From an uncultured Pseudomonadota bacterium (lineage in GTDB: Bacteria > Pseudomonadota > Alphaproteobacteria > Rs-D84 > CACZYB01), in NCBI GenBank assembly GCA_902785275.1, contig CACZYB010000002.1:32001-96000 (forward strand): DNA of 64,000 bases, written 5' to 3'. This document shows positions 9,916-19,788 of the stretch, piece after piece (the first letter of the stretch is position 1; each line of letters starts with the position of its first letter). A model generated the notes under the pieces. The model saw only the letters and a list, made by a program, of their open reading frames with translations, ran no database searches and was not told where the DNA came from. A program made the translations under genes and the position numbers.

Positions 9916-10890
9916 ATGGAAAATAATATACTTATTTATACCACCAAAGATGGTAATATTGATGTTAAGCTGGAACAGGAAACTGTATGGCTTACACAAA
10001 AGCAAATGAGTAAACTTTTTGATACTACTCCTCAAAATATTACTATTCACATACAAAACATTTATAAAGAACAGGAATTGTCTAAAGATTCAACTTGTAA
10101 AGATTTTTTACAAGTTCAAACTGAAGGAAAAAGACAAATTTCAAGAAGTATGACTTTTTATAATCTTGATATGATTATTTCTGTTGGATATAGAGTAAAT
10201 TCGAAACAAGGTATTCAATTTAGAAAATGGGCAACTAGCAAATTAAAAGAATATTTAGTTCAAGGTTATACTCTTAACGAAAGATTATTAAAGGAAAAGG
10301 TTGAAAAACTTAGTCTTTTACAAAATGCTTTTAATTTACTTAATCGTTCAATTACCAATCAAGCAGAAAATCTTGATGAAGCTCAACAAATATCAAAACT
10401 TATGAGTGATTTTTCGGTTGGTTTGAATTTGCTTGATGATTTTGATAATCAACGACTTGATAATAAAGGAAATACAAAAAAAGAGGCTGTTTATATATCT
10501 GTTGATGAATTTTTGGATGTGATACAGAAAATGAAGACTGAATTTACCTCTGAAATCTTTGGTAATCCAAAGGATGATAGTTTTTCAAGTTCGGTTAATC
10601 AAATATATCAAACCTTTGACGGTAAAGATTGTTATCCATCCATAGAGGAAAAGGCTGTAAATTTACTTTATTTTATAGTTAAAAATCATAGCTTTTCTGA
10701 TGGTAATAAAAGAATTGGTGCAAACTGCTTTCTTTACTTCTTAAAGAAGAATAACCTTTTATATAAGGCTGATAAACCTATAATTGATAATGCTACCCTT
10801 GCAACAATTACACTTTTGATTGCAGAAAGTAAACCAGAAGAGAAAGAAACTGTAAAACAAATAGCCATAAGTATTTTGAATAGGGTATAA
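9916..10890 (+). CDS. Virulence protein RhuM-like N-terminal domain fused to a Fic/Doc domain
   Basis: ETVWLTQKQM, YNLDMIISVGYRVNS, FRKWA; Fic motif HSFSDGNKR. Confidence 0.9.
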   Translation: MENNILIYTTKDGNIDVKLEQETVWLTQKQMSKLFDTTPQNITIHIQNIYKEQELSKDSTCKDFLQVQTEGKRQISRSMTFYNLDMIISVGYRVNSKQGIQFRKWATSKLKEYLVQGYTLNERLLKEKVEKLSLLQNAFNLLNRSITNQAENLDEAQQISKLMSDFSVGLNLLDDFDNQRLDNKGNTKKEAVYISVDEFLDVIQKMKTEFTSEIFGNPKDDSFSSSVNQIYQTFDGKDCYPSIEEKAVNLLYFIVKNHSFSDGNKRIGANCFLYFLKKNNLLYKADKPIIDNATLATITLLIAESKPEEKETVKQIAISILNRV

Positions 10891-10966
10891 AAATTTCTTT
10901 AACTGCATTTTTTTAATTTTTATTCAAAAAATTGTGTGCATTTTTATAGTTTCAAATTATAATGAA

Positions 10967-10991
10967 AAAGTGTGATGCAAAGTGTGATGCA
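10967..10991. repeat. Tandem AAAGTGTGATGC repeats, probable integrase arm-type sites
   Basis: Two copies with a 12-bp period about 60 bp inside the att core. A related TGTGTGCA lies at ~10933. Confidence 0.6.
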
Positions 10992-11047
10992 TTAGGTAAA
11001 TATAAATAGTAAAAATGACCGAAAATTAGGGTTTTTATAGATATAAA

Positions 11048-11080
11048 TGGCGCAAGTCCAGATTCCGTGTACCTGCACCA
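11048..11080 (+). other. attR-like site: duplicated tRNA 3' end with dyad partner
   Basis: GATTCCGTG-TACCTGC-A-CCA reads as T-loop end, T stem, acceptor strand and CCA. TGGCGCAAGT (11048-57) is an 8/10 inverted copy of ACCTGCACCA. Confidence 0.7.
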
Positions 11081-11236
11081 TTTCTCTCTTAAAAATTTTC
11101 TTTAATTTATTAAGTTTTCTAAGTTTGAATTTTTCAATTATGTATTTTGTATTATTACTCAAAATATCTTGCTTTTCCCCTTAAAAAAGAATATATTGAA
11201 AATGTTTTTATTAAAGTTTTTTAGTGTGGAGAGGTA

Positions 11237-12727
11237 ATGTATAAAAATTTAAAATTATTTTTTAATCATATTGGAAATATGATTAGTGAATTTCCAGTTT
11301 TTTACAGAATTAAACAATATTTTGAAAAACATAAAAAACTTAAGACTATTTTAAATTATTTATATACATTTTTGATATTTTTTCTGATTTGTTTACCTGT
11401 AATAATACTAAATTCTTCAATGAATTTTCCTTTATTATATGATGAGGTACAATTCTTTGTTCCAACAATTTATTCAAATCGTTTTATGTCTTTCTCATAT
11501 AATGTTGGAAGAGATGCAAGATTTTTACCTTTTCAAATGTTAGATTATAATTTGGTTTTACTTTTCCCAGATTCATTTTCTAAATTTCATTTAGTACATC
11601 AATTTTTAAATTTAAAATTTATACTTTTTATCTTTTGTTTATATTATTGTTCAAAATATGTATGTAAATTATGTAAGGTTAAGTTTTCAAAGTCAGTTTT
11701 CTTTTGTTTTACATTTCCTTGTATAATATCTTCTTTGTATTTATTTTATGAACCTGTATTTGCTGAGTGCACAATTGCAATATTATTTTTGATTTTTATG
11801 GTTACATACTTAAAGGCAAAAATAAAGCAAAGTAAATCTTTATATATAGTTTCATTCTTTTTAGTGTTTTACATTACCTATTGTAAAGAAATTGCGTTTG
11901 CGATTTTTTTTCCGTTGGCATTCGGAAATCTTATATTTAACAGAAAGAAAATAACAAAACTTGATAAACTTTTTTACTATTCAATAATATTGAATGCAGT
12001 AATATTTTTTGTTTCATATATCTTTGTTTTAGTTTATGGGGATTATAGTAGTGTTTATTACAATGTTAATAAAATAAAGTCTATTAAAGAACATATCGAA
12101 TATATAGAAAAAGTCTTTGTCTCAAATAAATTTATGTATGTTTGTTTGATGATATATTTATACGATATTTACAAAGTGTTATGGAAAAAGGATGAGTATT
12201 TAGATTTGCATCTGCTTAATTTGTCAGGATGCGTATATATGATTTGCTTTTTATTACTTACAATGAATCTTGTTAGTTATTTTTACTTATGTGTTTTTAT
12301 TTCAATTCCAACAATTTGTTTAATAGCAAAAAAAATTAAATATAAAAATATAGTATATATTTTATTGTGTTTATTAATTTTTCAATCAATAAAATTATGT
12401 AATACTGCAGTTCGTTTTTTTAGAGGAGCTTTAGTAGATGAAAAAGAATTTTATTATGATATTATAAAGTTAAATAAATCAAAAAATTTGTGTTGTGACA
12501 TAAATTCTAGGGATGTTTCTTATGTACTATCTTATATAAATAATTTATGGAAAGATGTTACTCCAAAGTATGGAATGATATCTCCATTAAAAATAGATAA
12601 AGAGAAATGTGAAATCTATCTAAAAAAAGAAATGAATGTACCAGATTATGTTTCAAAATTTTATATATATTTAGATGGTGGTATTCTATATTTTGAAACG
12701 GCGGAGCAATTTAAAAGTTATAGGTAA
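11237..12727 (+). CDS. Polytopic membrane protein, putative GT-C type (GtrII-like) glycosyltransferase, copy 1
   Basis: About 11 hydrophobic segments; YDE after TM1, RFLPF loop, YCKE motif. Confidence 0.55.
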   Translation: MYKNLKLFFNHIGNMISEFPVFYRIKQYFEKHKKLKTILNYLYTFLIFFLICLPVIILNSSMNFPLLYDEVQFFVPTIYSNRFMSFSYNVGRDARFLPFQMLDYNLVLLFPDSFSKFHLVHQFLNLKFILFIFCLYYCSKYVCKLCKVKFSKSVFFCFTFPCIISSLYLFYEPVFAECTIAILFLIFMVTYLKAKIKQSKSLYIVSFFLVFYITYCKEIAFAIFFPLAFGNLIFNRKKITKLDKLFYYSIILNAVIFFVSYIFVLVYGDYSSVYYNVNKIKSIKEHIEYIEKVFVSNKFMYVCLMIYLYDIYKVLWKKDEYLDLHLLNLSGCVYMICFLLLTMNLVSYFYLCVFISIPTICLIAKKIKYKNIVYILLCLLIFQSIKLCNTAVRFFRGALVDEKEFYYDIIKLNKSKNLCCDINSRDVSYVLSYINNLWKDVTPKYGMISPLKIDKEKCEIYLKKEMNVPDYVSKFYIYLDGGILYFETAEQFKSYR

Positions 12728-12825
12728 TAAAGACCAAATATATTGCTTTTCTTTTTAAAAAGGAATATATTAAAAATGTTGTTTTAAAAGAATAGATTAA
12801 AATCTCTTTGGGATGGAAAGTAATA

Positions 12826-14259
12826 ATGTATAAAAATTTTAAATTATATTTTGAAAAACATAAAAGACTTAAGACTATTTTAAATTATTTATATACATTT
12901 TTGATATTTTTTCTGATTTGCTTACCTGCAATAATAATAAATTTTTCAATGAATTATCCTATGCTTTATGATGAATTAGAGTTTTTTGTTCCTTCAATAT
13001 ATTCTAATCACTTTATGCCTTTTTCTTTTAATGTTGGAAGAGATGCAAGATTTTTACCTTTTCAAATGCTAGATTATAATTTAGTTTTACTTTTTCCAGA
13101 TTCATTTTCTAAATTTCATTTAGTACATCAATTTTTAAATTTAAAATTTATACTTTTTATCTTTTGTTTATATTATTGTTCAAAATATGTATGTGAGTTA
13201 TATAAGGTCAAATTTTCCAGATTCATTTTCTTCTGTTTAACTTTAAGTTATATAACAGTTAAATTATTTTTATTTTGCACACCTGTATTTTCTGAAATTA
13301 CAATTGCAATATTATTTCTTGTTTTCATAGTGATATACTTAAAGGCAAAAATAAAGCAAAGTAAATCTTTATACATAGTTTCATTCTTTTTGATGTTTTA
13401 CATTACCTACTGTAAAGAAATTGCGTTCGCGATTTTTTTTCCGTTAGCATTTGGAAATCTTATATTTAACAGAAAGAAAATAACAAAACTTGATAAGATT
13501 TTTTACTATTCAATAATATTGAATGCAGTAATATTTTTTGTTTCATACGTTATTCTTTTAAATTATTTAGATCGTTATGACGTTTATTACAATGTTAATA
13601 AATTAAAATCAATTAAAGAATATATTACATATATAGAAAAAGTTTTTAAAAACAATAATATGTTGTATATATGTTTATTAATCTATTTATACAATATTTA
13701 TAAAGTATTATGTAAAAAAGATAAATATTTTGATTTACATTTACTTAGTTTATCTGGATTTGTTTATGCAATTTGTTCTATTATACTGATTCTTCCTGGT
13801 TTTCATTATTTTTCTTTATCTTGTATATTATTATTTCCAATGATGTTTTTAATAATAGGTAAAATAAAATATAAAAAAATTGTATATGTTTTATTTGCTT
13901 TATTAATTTGTTATTCAGTAAAAGAGTGTTGTATGAAAATTTATTTTTCAAAAATATATTTTGAACAGGAAAAAAATTTATATGACACTTTAGCAGAAAT
14001 AAATAAAACTGAAAAGATATGTTGTTTAAAATATGAAAATAACGTTTATAATATGTTATCGTATGTAAATAACTCTTGGAAAAATGAAAAACCCAAATAT
14101 TATGGTTTTAATTCTTTAAAAACTGATGGTGATGATTGTGATATTTATCTGAAAATGTCAGATGGTAAATATCATGAAAATGTAATGTATTTTTTCTATT
14201 TTGGTGAAGTTGTATACTATCTAGAGCCACTAAAATCATCAAAATTTCAATTTAAGTAG
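12826..14259 (+). CDS. Polytopic membrane protein, putative GT-C type glycosyltransferase, copy 2 (tandem paralog)
   Basis: Long blocks identical to copy 1 (e.g. NVGRDARFLPFQMLDYNLVLLFPDSFSKFHLVHQFLNLKF); divergent C-terminus. Confidence 0.55.
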   Translation: MYKNFKLYFEKHKRLKTILNYLYTFLIFFLICLPAIIINFSMNYPMLYDELEFFVPSIYSNHFMPFSFNVGRDARFLPFQMLDYNLVLLFPDSFSKFHLVHQFLNLKFILFIFCLYYCSKYVCELYKVKFSRFIFFCLTLSYITVKLFLFCTPVFSEITIAILFLVFIVIYLKAKIKQSKSLYIVSFFLMFYITYCKEIAFAIFFPLAFGNLIFNRKKITKLDKIFYYSIILNAVIFFVSYVILLNYLDRYDVYYNVNKLKSIKEYITYIEKVFKNNNMLYICLLIYLYNIYKVLCKKDKYFDLHLLSLSGFVYAICSIILILPGFHYFSLSCILLFPMMFLIIGKIKYKKIVYVLFALLICYSVKECCMKIYFSKIYFEQEKNLYDTLAEINKTEKICCLKYENNVYNMLSYVNNSWKNEKPKYYGFNSLKTDGDDCDIYLKMSDGKYHENVMYFFYFGEVVYYLEPLKSSKFQFK

Positions 14260-14290
14260 TAACAATATTTTATTTTTAACTCTTATTCAT

Positions 14291-14327
14291 AAAAAAATCC
14301 CCCACGAAATATGGGGGAGGGGATTTT
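14291..14327. terminator. Terminator after infC (possibly bidirectional)
   Basis: AAAAAAATCCCCCA...TGGGGGA hairpin with an A-tract. Confidence 0.6.
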
Positions 14328-14338
14328 AACAAATCATT

Positions 14339-14869
14339 TTATTTATTTGGAACAACAAACATAACCATCTGGCGACCTTCCATTGCAGGTTCCTTATCAA
14401 CCTTTATCTTATCACCAAGTTCGGCCTTTACTCTAGCAAGAAGTTGAAATCCAGAGTCTTGATTTGTGATTTCGCGTCCCTTAAAACGAACGGTAAACTT
14501 AACCTTGTTTCCATCTTCAATAAAACGTTCCGCAGCCTTAATTTTAACCTGGAAATCATGAACATCAATATTTGGACGGATTTTAAGTTCCTTTGTTTCA
14601 ACAACCTTTTGAGCTTTCTTTGCTTCTGACTGTTTTTTGCTTTCTTCGTATTTCCATTTACCATAGTCCATAATTTTACAGACAGAAGGATTTGAATTTG
14701 GTACAATTTCTAAAAGATCAAGACCTGCATCTTTTGCCATATTCAAAGCTTCTGAAATAGAAACTACACCAACATTTTCACCGTTTTGATTTATTAAGCG
14801 AACTTCACGAGCGCGAATTTTTTCATTTACATTAAGCGATAAGCTATTATTTTTATCAGCCAAAAACAT
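14339..14869 (-). CDS. infC: Translation initiation factor IF-3
   Basis: NEKIRAREVRLI, VCKIMDYGK, KELKIRPNID.HD, KVKFTVRFKGRE. Confidence 0.97.
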   Translation of the reverse strand: MFLADKNNSLSLNVNEKIRAREVRLINQNGENVGVVSISEALNMAKDAGLDLLEIVPNSNPSVCKIMDYGKWKYEESKKQSEAKKAQKVVETKELKIRPNIDVHDFQVKIKAAERFIEDGNKVKFTVRFKGREITNQDSGFQLLARVKAELGDKIKVDKEPAMEGRQMVMFVVPNK

Positions 14870-14889
14870 ACTCCTTTAAAAGTGAATCT

Positions 14890-14963
14890 TGGAGGTCGAT
14901 ACCGGATTCGAACCAGTGTACAAGGATTTGCAGTCCTCTGCATAGCCTCTCTGCCAACCGACC
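14890..14963 (-). tRNA. tRNA-Cys(GCA)
   Basis: The reverse complement GGTCGGTTGGCAGAGAGGCTATGCAGAGGACTGCAAATCCTTGTACACTGGTTCGAATCCGGTATCGACCTCCA forms a cloverleaf with anticodon GCA, discriminator U and CCA. Confidence 0.96.
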
Positions 14964-15081
14964 ATTGGGGAACAGTATAAACGATAATTTCTAAAAAATC
15001 AATAAGTATTTTATTGAAAGAGTTAATAAAATTTGGTATTATGTAGTAATAGTTTAATTTAATAAAGAAGAGGAATTTTAA

Positions 15082-15675
15082 ATGTCTATTTTTAAAAAGA
15101 AAATTTCAGTAAGTGTTTTTTGTGGTGCTAGAGAGGGAAACAAAGAAATTTATGCAAAGACTGCAACAGAACTTGGTAATCTTCTTGCAAAGAATGATAT
15201 GCGTCTTGTTTATGGTGCCGGTGGAAAAGGTTTAATGGGAAAAGTTGCCTATGGAGTTCTTGCTTTAAAAGGTATTATTTTCGGTGTAACAACACGTATA
15301 ATATCTGATTTCGAGGAGCCAATCAAAGGAACAAAATTTAAGATTGTAAAGAATATTCAAATAAGAAAACGTGCATTCATCGATAATTCCGACGCATTTA
15401 TCGTTCTTCCTGGTGGATTCGGTACATTCGATGAGCTTTTTGATATTTTAGTAGGTAAAGAAGTAACCGATAAGTATAATAAGTTGCATAAGAAAGCAAC
15501 AGTAAATAAACCATTGGTTTTGATTGATTTGGATGGATTTTTCAAGCCTTTTGAAAAGCTCATAGATTCAATAATTTCCGCTGGATTTATGAAAGAAAGT
15601 AACAAAAAATATTTTAAAATTGTAAAAACTCCAAAAGAGGCTATTGCTTACATAAAAAAATCTGTAAAAAAATAA
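15082..15675 (+). CDS. LOG family nucleotide phosphoribohydrolase (TIGR00730-like)
   Basis: VFCGA, LVYGAGGKGLMG, RK, PGGFGTFDE. Confidence 0.9.
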   Translation: MSIFKKKISVSVFCGAREGNKEIYAKTATELGNLLAKNDMRLVYGAGGKGLMGKVAYGVLALKGIIFGVTTRIISDFEEPIKGTKFKIVKNIQIRKRAFIDNSDAFIVLPGGFGTFDELFDILVGKEVTDKYNKLHKKATVNKPLVLIDLDGFFKPFEKLIDSIISAGFMKESNKKYFKIVKTPKEAIAYIKKSVKK

Positions 15676-15767
15676 TAAGAAAATGTTGCTTTTTTATAAG
15701 AAATACTTTATTATTTAAACAACTGTATTTAAACAGGTAATTAACTTTAACATTAAAGGGGTTATAA

Positions 15768-16925
15768 ATGAGAAAACTTATTGCATTACTTTCTGTTGTT
15801 GTTTTGGGTGCATGTTCTTCAACATCTGATACATTATTTGCAGGAAGTGAGTCAACTAACACACCGGCAAAAGAATCATCAAATGCTTTTGATGGTACTT
15901 TTATAAAGAACAAAATTGCAAATTTTGCTTCTGAACAAAAAGAACTTAAAAAACTCGTTGATAGCAGAAAAGATTCTTTGCAAGCTATGAGAAACGAAAC
16001 AAACACTGCTGTTTCTGATTACAGAAGTGCTGTTGCTCAAATCAATTCAAAATTGCAACTTGGCACAACACCTGGAAATCCTGAACTTATGGATGAATGG
16101 AAAGAAGCACGTGCAAAACTTGAAAAAGTTAACAACATTGCTTTTGATATAAAGAGACTTGTTGCTGATGTTGAATCAGATCAATCAATGGTTGATTATA
16201 TGGTTGGTTCTATCCATGCATCATACAAAATCCGTGGTGCTACAGAAGATGAACACAAACAATTAAAATCATTGGAAGAAGAAGCAAAACAAATTGGTTC
16301 AAATATTTCAATCTTTGCTCGTCAACTTAATGCAGAAGCAGAAAGACAACAAGCATATGTTGATAATGAAAAATACAACCTTAACGATGTTGCTCTTAAC
16401 ATAAAGAATGGTAAACTTTATGGTATGGGTGGTTCATCAACTGATTTCTTTGCAAATGGCGGTTCAATGTTCTCAAGTGATGAAGCATACAATGCATTCA
16501 TGGAAGAAAATGAACAAGAATATGGTTTTGCATCAAGAAAACCAGCACACAGAAAACCAATGGTAAGAGATCACCGCGCAGAAAGAAATGTAATGGTTCC
16601 AATGCGTGCTCCTACACCTGTTGTTGAAAAGGCACCTGCTCCTATTTCAACACGTCCAATCGCTGTTGTAAAATTTGATAAAGCAAACGTAGACTTCGAA
16701 GAACCTCTTTACCAGGCTTTAAGTCGTGCTTTGGAAAGAAATCCATCTGCAACATTTGAAGTATCAGGTATCGCTCCACAAGGCAAACCATCTGCAAATG
16801 TTAAAAAAGATGTAAAAGCTGTTATGAGTGCATTAACTGAAATGGGACTTCCTGCAAGTCGTGTTGCAATCACAATGTCAACAGACAATGTTGAATTTGA
16901 TGAAGTTCGCGTTTTCGAAAGATAA
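15768..16925 (+). CDS. Conserved alphaproteobacterial lipoprotein (coiled coil plus OmpA-like C-terminal domain)
   Basis: Lipobox LGAC; LQLGTTPGNP; RPIAVVKFD...LYQALSRALER...MGLPASRV. Confidence 0.65.
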   Translation: MRKLIALLSVVVLGACSSTSDTLFAGSESTNTPAKESSNAFDGTFIKNKIANFASEQKELKKLVDSRKDSLQAMRNETNTAVSDYRSAVAQINSKLQLGTTPGNPELMDEWKEARAKLEKVNNIAFDIKRLVADVESDQSMVDYMVGSIHASYKIRGATEDEHKQLKSLEEEAKQIGSNISIFARQLNAEAERQQAYVDNEKYNLNDVALNIKNGKLYGMGGSSTDFFANGGSMFSSDEAYNAFMEENEQEYGFASRKPAHRKPMVRDHRAERNVMVPMRAPTPVVEKAPAPISTRPIAVVKFDKANVDFEEPLYQALSRALERNPSATFEVSGIAPQGKPSANVKKDVKAVMSALTEMGLPASRVAITMSTDNVEFDEVRVFER

Positions 16926-17127
16926 TCGCTTTACAACATGAATTTAATATCGCCTTTGGTTCTTCCGAGGGCGATTTTTTACTTTTTAAATACTAAGTCG
17001 TTAATTTAAGCATAAAAAATTTATTCATAAAATTTGCCAGATAAATATTTTCTTTTATATTTTTGTTTGACTAAAATACAAAATTGTGATAAAATAAGGA
17101 CAGTACAACAAAAGAAGGAGTACAAAA

Positions 17128-17307
17128 ATGAGAAAAATGTTTTTTATTGCTTTGTTTTCAATAATAGCATCTGATGTATTCGCAGGTACTATAAATGGCG
17201 CTGTATGCACAAAAAATGGTCGCACAATCCAAACAAGCGACAATATTCATGATTTCATGAAGGTAAACAAAGCTAATGGCTGGAATTGCCGTTATACAAG
17301 GGATTAA
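17128..17307 (+). CDS. 59-aa secreted two-Cys peptide (below the ORF-track cutoff)
   Basis: AAGGAG RBS; MRKMFFIALFSIIASDVFA|GTINGAVCTKNGRTIQTSDNIHDFMKVNKANGWNCRYTRD; followed by a terminator. Confidence 0.7.
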   Translation: MRKMFFIALFSIIASDVFAGTINGAVCTKNGRTIQTSDNIHDFMKVNKANGWNCRYTRD

Positions 17308-17325
17308 TTAGATATCTCAATGTTC

Positions 17326-17360
17326 AAAATAAGCTCTTTTCAAAAGAGCTTATTTTTTTT
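17326..17360 (+). terminator. Rho-independent terminator
   Basis: AAAATAAGCTCTTTT-C-AAAAGAGCTTATTTTTTTT. Confidence 0.75.
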
Positions 17361-17485
17361 ACCTATATATAAAGTAGTGAAAAGTCAAAATAAAAGGGCA
17401 TAAAATCTTATGCCTTAAATAAAGAGAAAACCAAACACCAACTATTATATAAAATAGTCGGTGTCATTAAAAAATTTTTTTTAAG

Positions 17486-17692
17486 CTATTTTACGGCACT
17501 ATTTTGTATCGCAGCAAATAAAGAAACATCCTTTCTGCTTGCTGTTGTATTAAAGTTTGATGGTGAATTTATCGCTGCATCCACTATTTCATCAATAGAA
17601 GATAACAAAACTTGTCTTGGCATAGTTCCATCAAGTCTGATGTAAAGATTTTTCCTGTCAACAGTAACTCCAGCTTTAGAATTAATTCTCAT
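17486..17692 (-). CDS. Small hypothetical protein (68 aa)
   Basis: Perfect AGGAGG RBS upstream of ATG; downstream hairpin ACACCGACTATT...AATAGTTGGTGT. Confidence 0.6.
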   Translation of the reverse strand: MRINSKAGVTVDRKNLYIRLDGTMPRQVLLSSIDEIVDAAINSPSNFNTTASRKDVSLFAAIQNSAVK

Positions 17693-17845
17693 TTAAATGT
17701 CCTCCTATAAACTTAGGACATATTATATCACATTTTAAAGGCTAATACAAACTCAAATTGAAAAAAACTTCATTTTTTTGTTGCAAGTCTTTAATTTTAG
17801 GTGTATTTTAGCTCAATATTCAATCAAAAAAAGAAAGACTTTATT

Positions 17846-19678
17846 ATGGAAATAAGAAATATTGCTATTATAGCTCACGTTGACCACGGTAAAACAACAC
17901 TTGTTGATGCTATGCTTAAACAAAGTGGTACATTCCGTGATAACGAAAAAGTTGCTGAACGTGTTATGGATTCTGGTGATATCGAACGTGAACGTGGTAT
18001 CACAATTTTGGCAAAATGTACTTCTCTTGAGTACAATAACTACAGAATTAATATTGTTGATACACCGGGGCACGCCGATTTCGGTGGAGAAGTTGAACGT
18101 ATTTTGAATATGGTTGATGGTGTTGTTCTTTTGGTGGATAGCTCCGAAGGTCCACTTCCACAAACTAAATTCGTTCTTGGTAAGGCATTAAATCTTGGCC
18201 TAAAACCAATCGTTGTTATTAACAAGATTGATAGAAACGATGCTCGTCCAGACGAAGTTTTAAATGAAATTTTCGATTTGTTTGATAAGATGGGTGCAAC
18301 TGATGAACAACTTGATTTCCCAACACTTTATGCTGTTGGTCGTGATGGTTGGGCTGTTGAAAATCTTTCTGATATCAATAAACCAAACAAAGATTTAAAA
18401 CCATTGTTCGATTTAATCATTCGTCATGTTCCTGCACCACAAGTTGATACAGAAAAACCATTCTCAATGCTTGCAACAACATTGTCTGGTGATAACTTCT
18501 TGGGTCGTATCTTAACTGGAAAGATTATGTCTGGAAAGTTAAAGATGAATATGCCAGTAAAGGCAATCTCTCTTGATGGAAAGACTGTTGAACAAACAAA
18601 GATTACAAAGATTTTGGCATTTCGTGGTTTGCAAAAAACTCCACTTGAAGAAGCCGAAGCTGGTGATATTGTTTCAATCGCTGGTTTTTCAAAGGCAACC
18701 GTTGGTGAAACACTTTGTGATTTAAGTGTTAACGAAGCAATCCATGCTCAACCAATCGATCCACCAACACTTACTATGACATTCTCTGTTAACACTTCAC
18801 CATTCGCAGGTCAAGAAGGTGACAGGGCAAAACTTCAATCTCGTGTTATTTGGGCAAGACTTGAAAAAGAAGCTGAATCAAATATCGCATTAAAAATTGA
18901 ACGTTCAGAAACAAATGAATCATTCGAAGTTTCTGGTCGTGGTGAATTACAACTTGGTATTTTGATTGAACAAATGCGTCGTGAAGGATTCGAATTCTCT
19001 GTTTCCCGTCCACGTGTTGTTTTCAAAGATATTGATGGGGTAAAATCTGAACCATTCGAAGATGTTATCGTTGATGTTGATGAAGAATTTTCAGGGGTTG
19101 TTGTTGAAAAACTTTCAAAACGTAAAGGTACAATGACAGATATGCGTCCAACAGGTGGTAACAAAGTTCGTATCGTATTTGAAGTTCCATCTCGTGGTAT
19201 GATTGGTTATTTGTCAGAGTTCAGAACTGATACTCGTGGTACCGGTGTTCTAAACCGAATTTTCAGTGGTTATAAACCATATGCTGGTCCAATCGAAAGA
19301 TATAGAAACGGTGTTCTTGTTTCTATGGAACAAGGTACAACAACTGCATATTCATTGTATGCTTTGGAACCTCGTGGTCAACTTTTTGTTGGTGCTGGTG
19401 TTGAAGTTTACTCTGGTATGATTATCGGTGAGCACGCAAAAGAAAATGATTTGGAAATCAATCCTGTAAAGGGAAAGGCATTAACCAACCTTCGTGCATC
19501 TGGTCATGATGAAGCAACTGTTCTTGCTCCACCACGTGTTATGAAGTTGGAAGAAATGCTTTCATACATCGCAGATGATGAACTTTTGGAAATTACTCCA
19601 AAGAGTATCCGTATGCGTAAGAAAGAGTTGGATGCTGGTATCCGCCACAAACAACTTGGCCGTAAAAAGGAAATGTAA
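17846..19678 (+). CDS. typA: Translational GTPase TypA/BipA
   Basis: IRNIAIIAHVDHGKTTLVD, ERERGITILAK, DTPGHADFGGEVER, GRGELQL. Confidence 0.97.
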   Translation: MEIRNIAIIAHVDHGKTTLVDAMLKQSGTFRDNEKVAERVMDSGDIERERGITILAKCTSLEYNNYRINIVDTPGHADFGGEVERILNMVDGVVLLVDSSEGPLPQTKFVLGKALNLGLKPIVVINKIDRNDARPDEVLNEIFDLFDKMGATDEQLDFPTLYAVGRDGWAVENLSDINKPNKDLKPLFDLIIRHVPAPQVDTEKPFSMLATTLSGDNFLGRILTGKIMSGKLKMNMPVKAISLDGKTVEQTKITKILAFRGLQKTPLEEAEAGDIVSIAGFSKATVGETLCDLSVNEAIHAQPIDPPTLTMTFSVNTSPFAGQEGDRAKLQSRVIWARLEKEAESNIALKIERSETNESFEVSGRGELQLGILIEQMRREGFEFSVSRPRVVFKDIDGVKSEPFEDVIVDVDEEFSGVVVEKLSKRKGTMTDMRPTGGNKVRIVFEVPSRGMIGYLSEFRTDTRGTGVLNRIFSGYKPYAGPIERYRNGVLVSMEQGTTTAYSLYALEPRGQLFVGAGVEVYSGMIIGEHAKENDLEINPVKGKALTNLRASGHDEATVLAPPRVMKLEEMLSYIADDELLEITPKSIRMRKKELDAGIRHKQLGRKKEM

Positions 19679-19788
19679 TTTCTCTTTACTTACAATCGAA
19701 AAAAACTTCCATATTTTGTGGAAGTTTTTTTCTTTATTTATTACTTAAAATAGTGTAGACTCCTTTCTGTTCAAATAAGGAGATAATT

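Larger units (their letters stand above)
1..11080. mobile_element. Right part of a tRNA-integrated genomic island / satellite-like element with defence cargo; left end and integrase lie outside the window
   Basis: Very AT-rich, with accessory gene content (hsdS, ABC ATPase, HEPN, DUF3768, SF3 helicase, RhuM-Fic). It ends at a tRNA 3'-end remnant (11061-11080) preceded by tandem repeats. Confidence 0.8.

Noticed and set aside
11048-11080. Intact tRNA gene
   Set aside because: Only the last ~20 nt are tRNA-like; no D or anticodon arm lies upstream.
17055-17243. 62-aa minus-strand ORF
   Set aside because: It is the antisense shadow of the better-supported plus-strand peptide gene (RBS, signal peptide, terminator).
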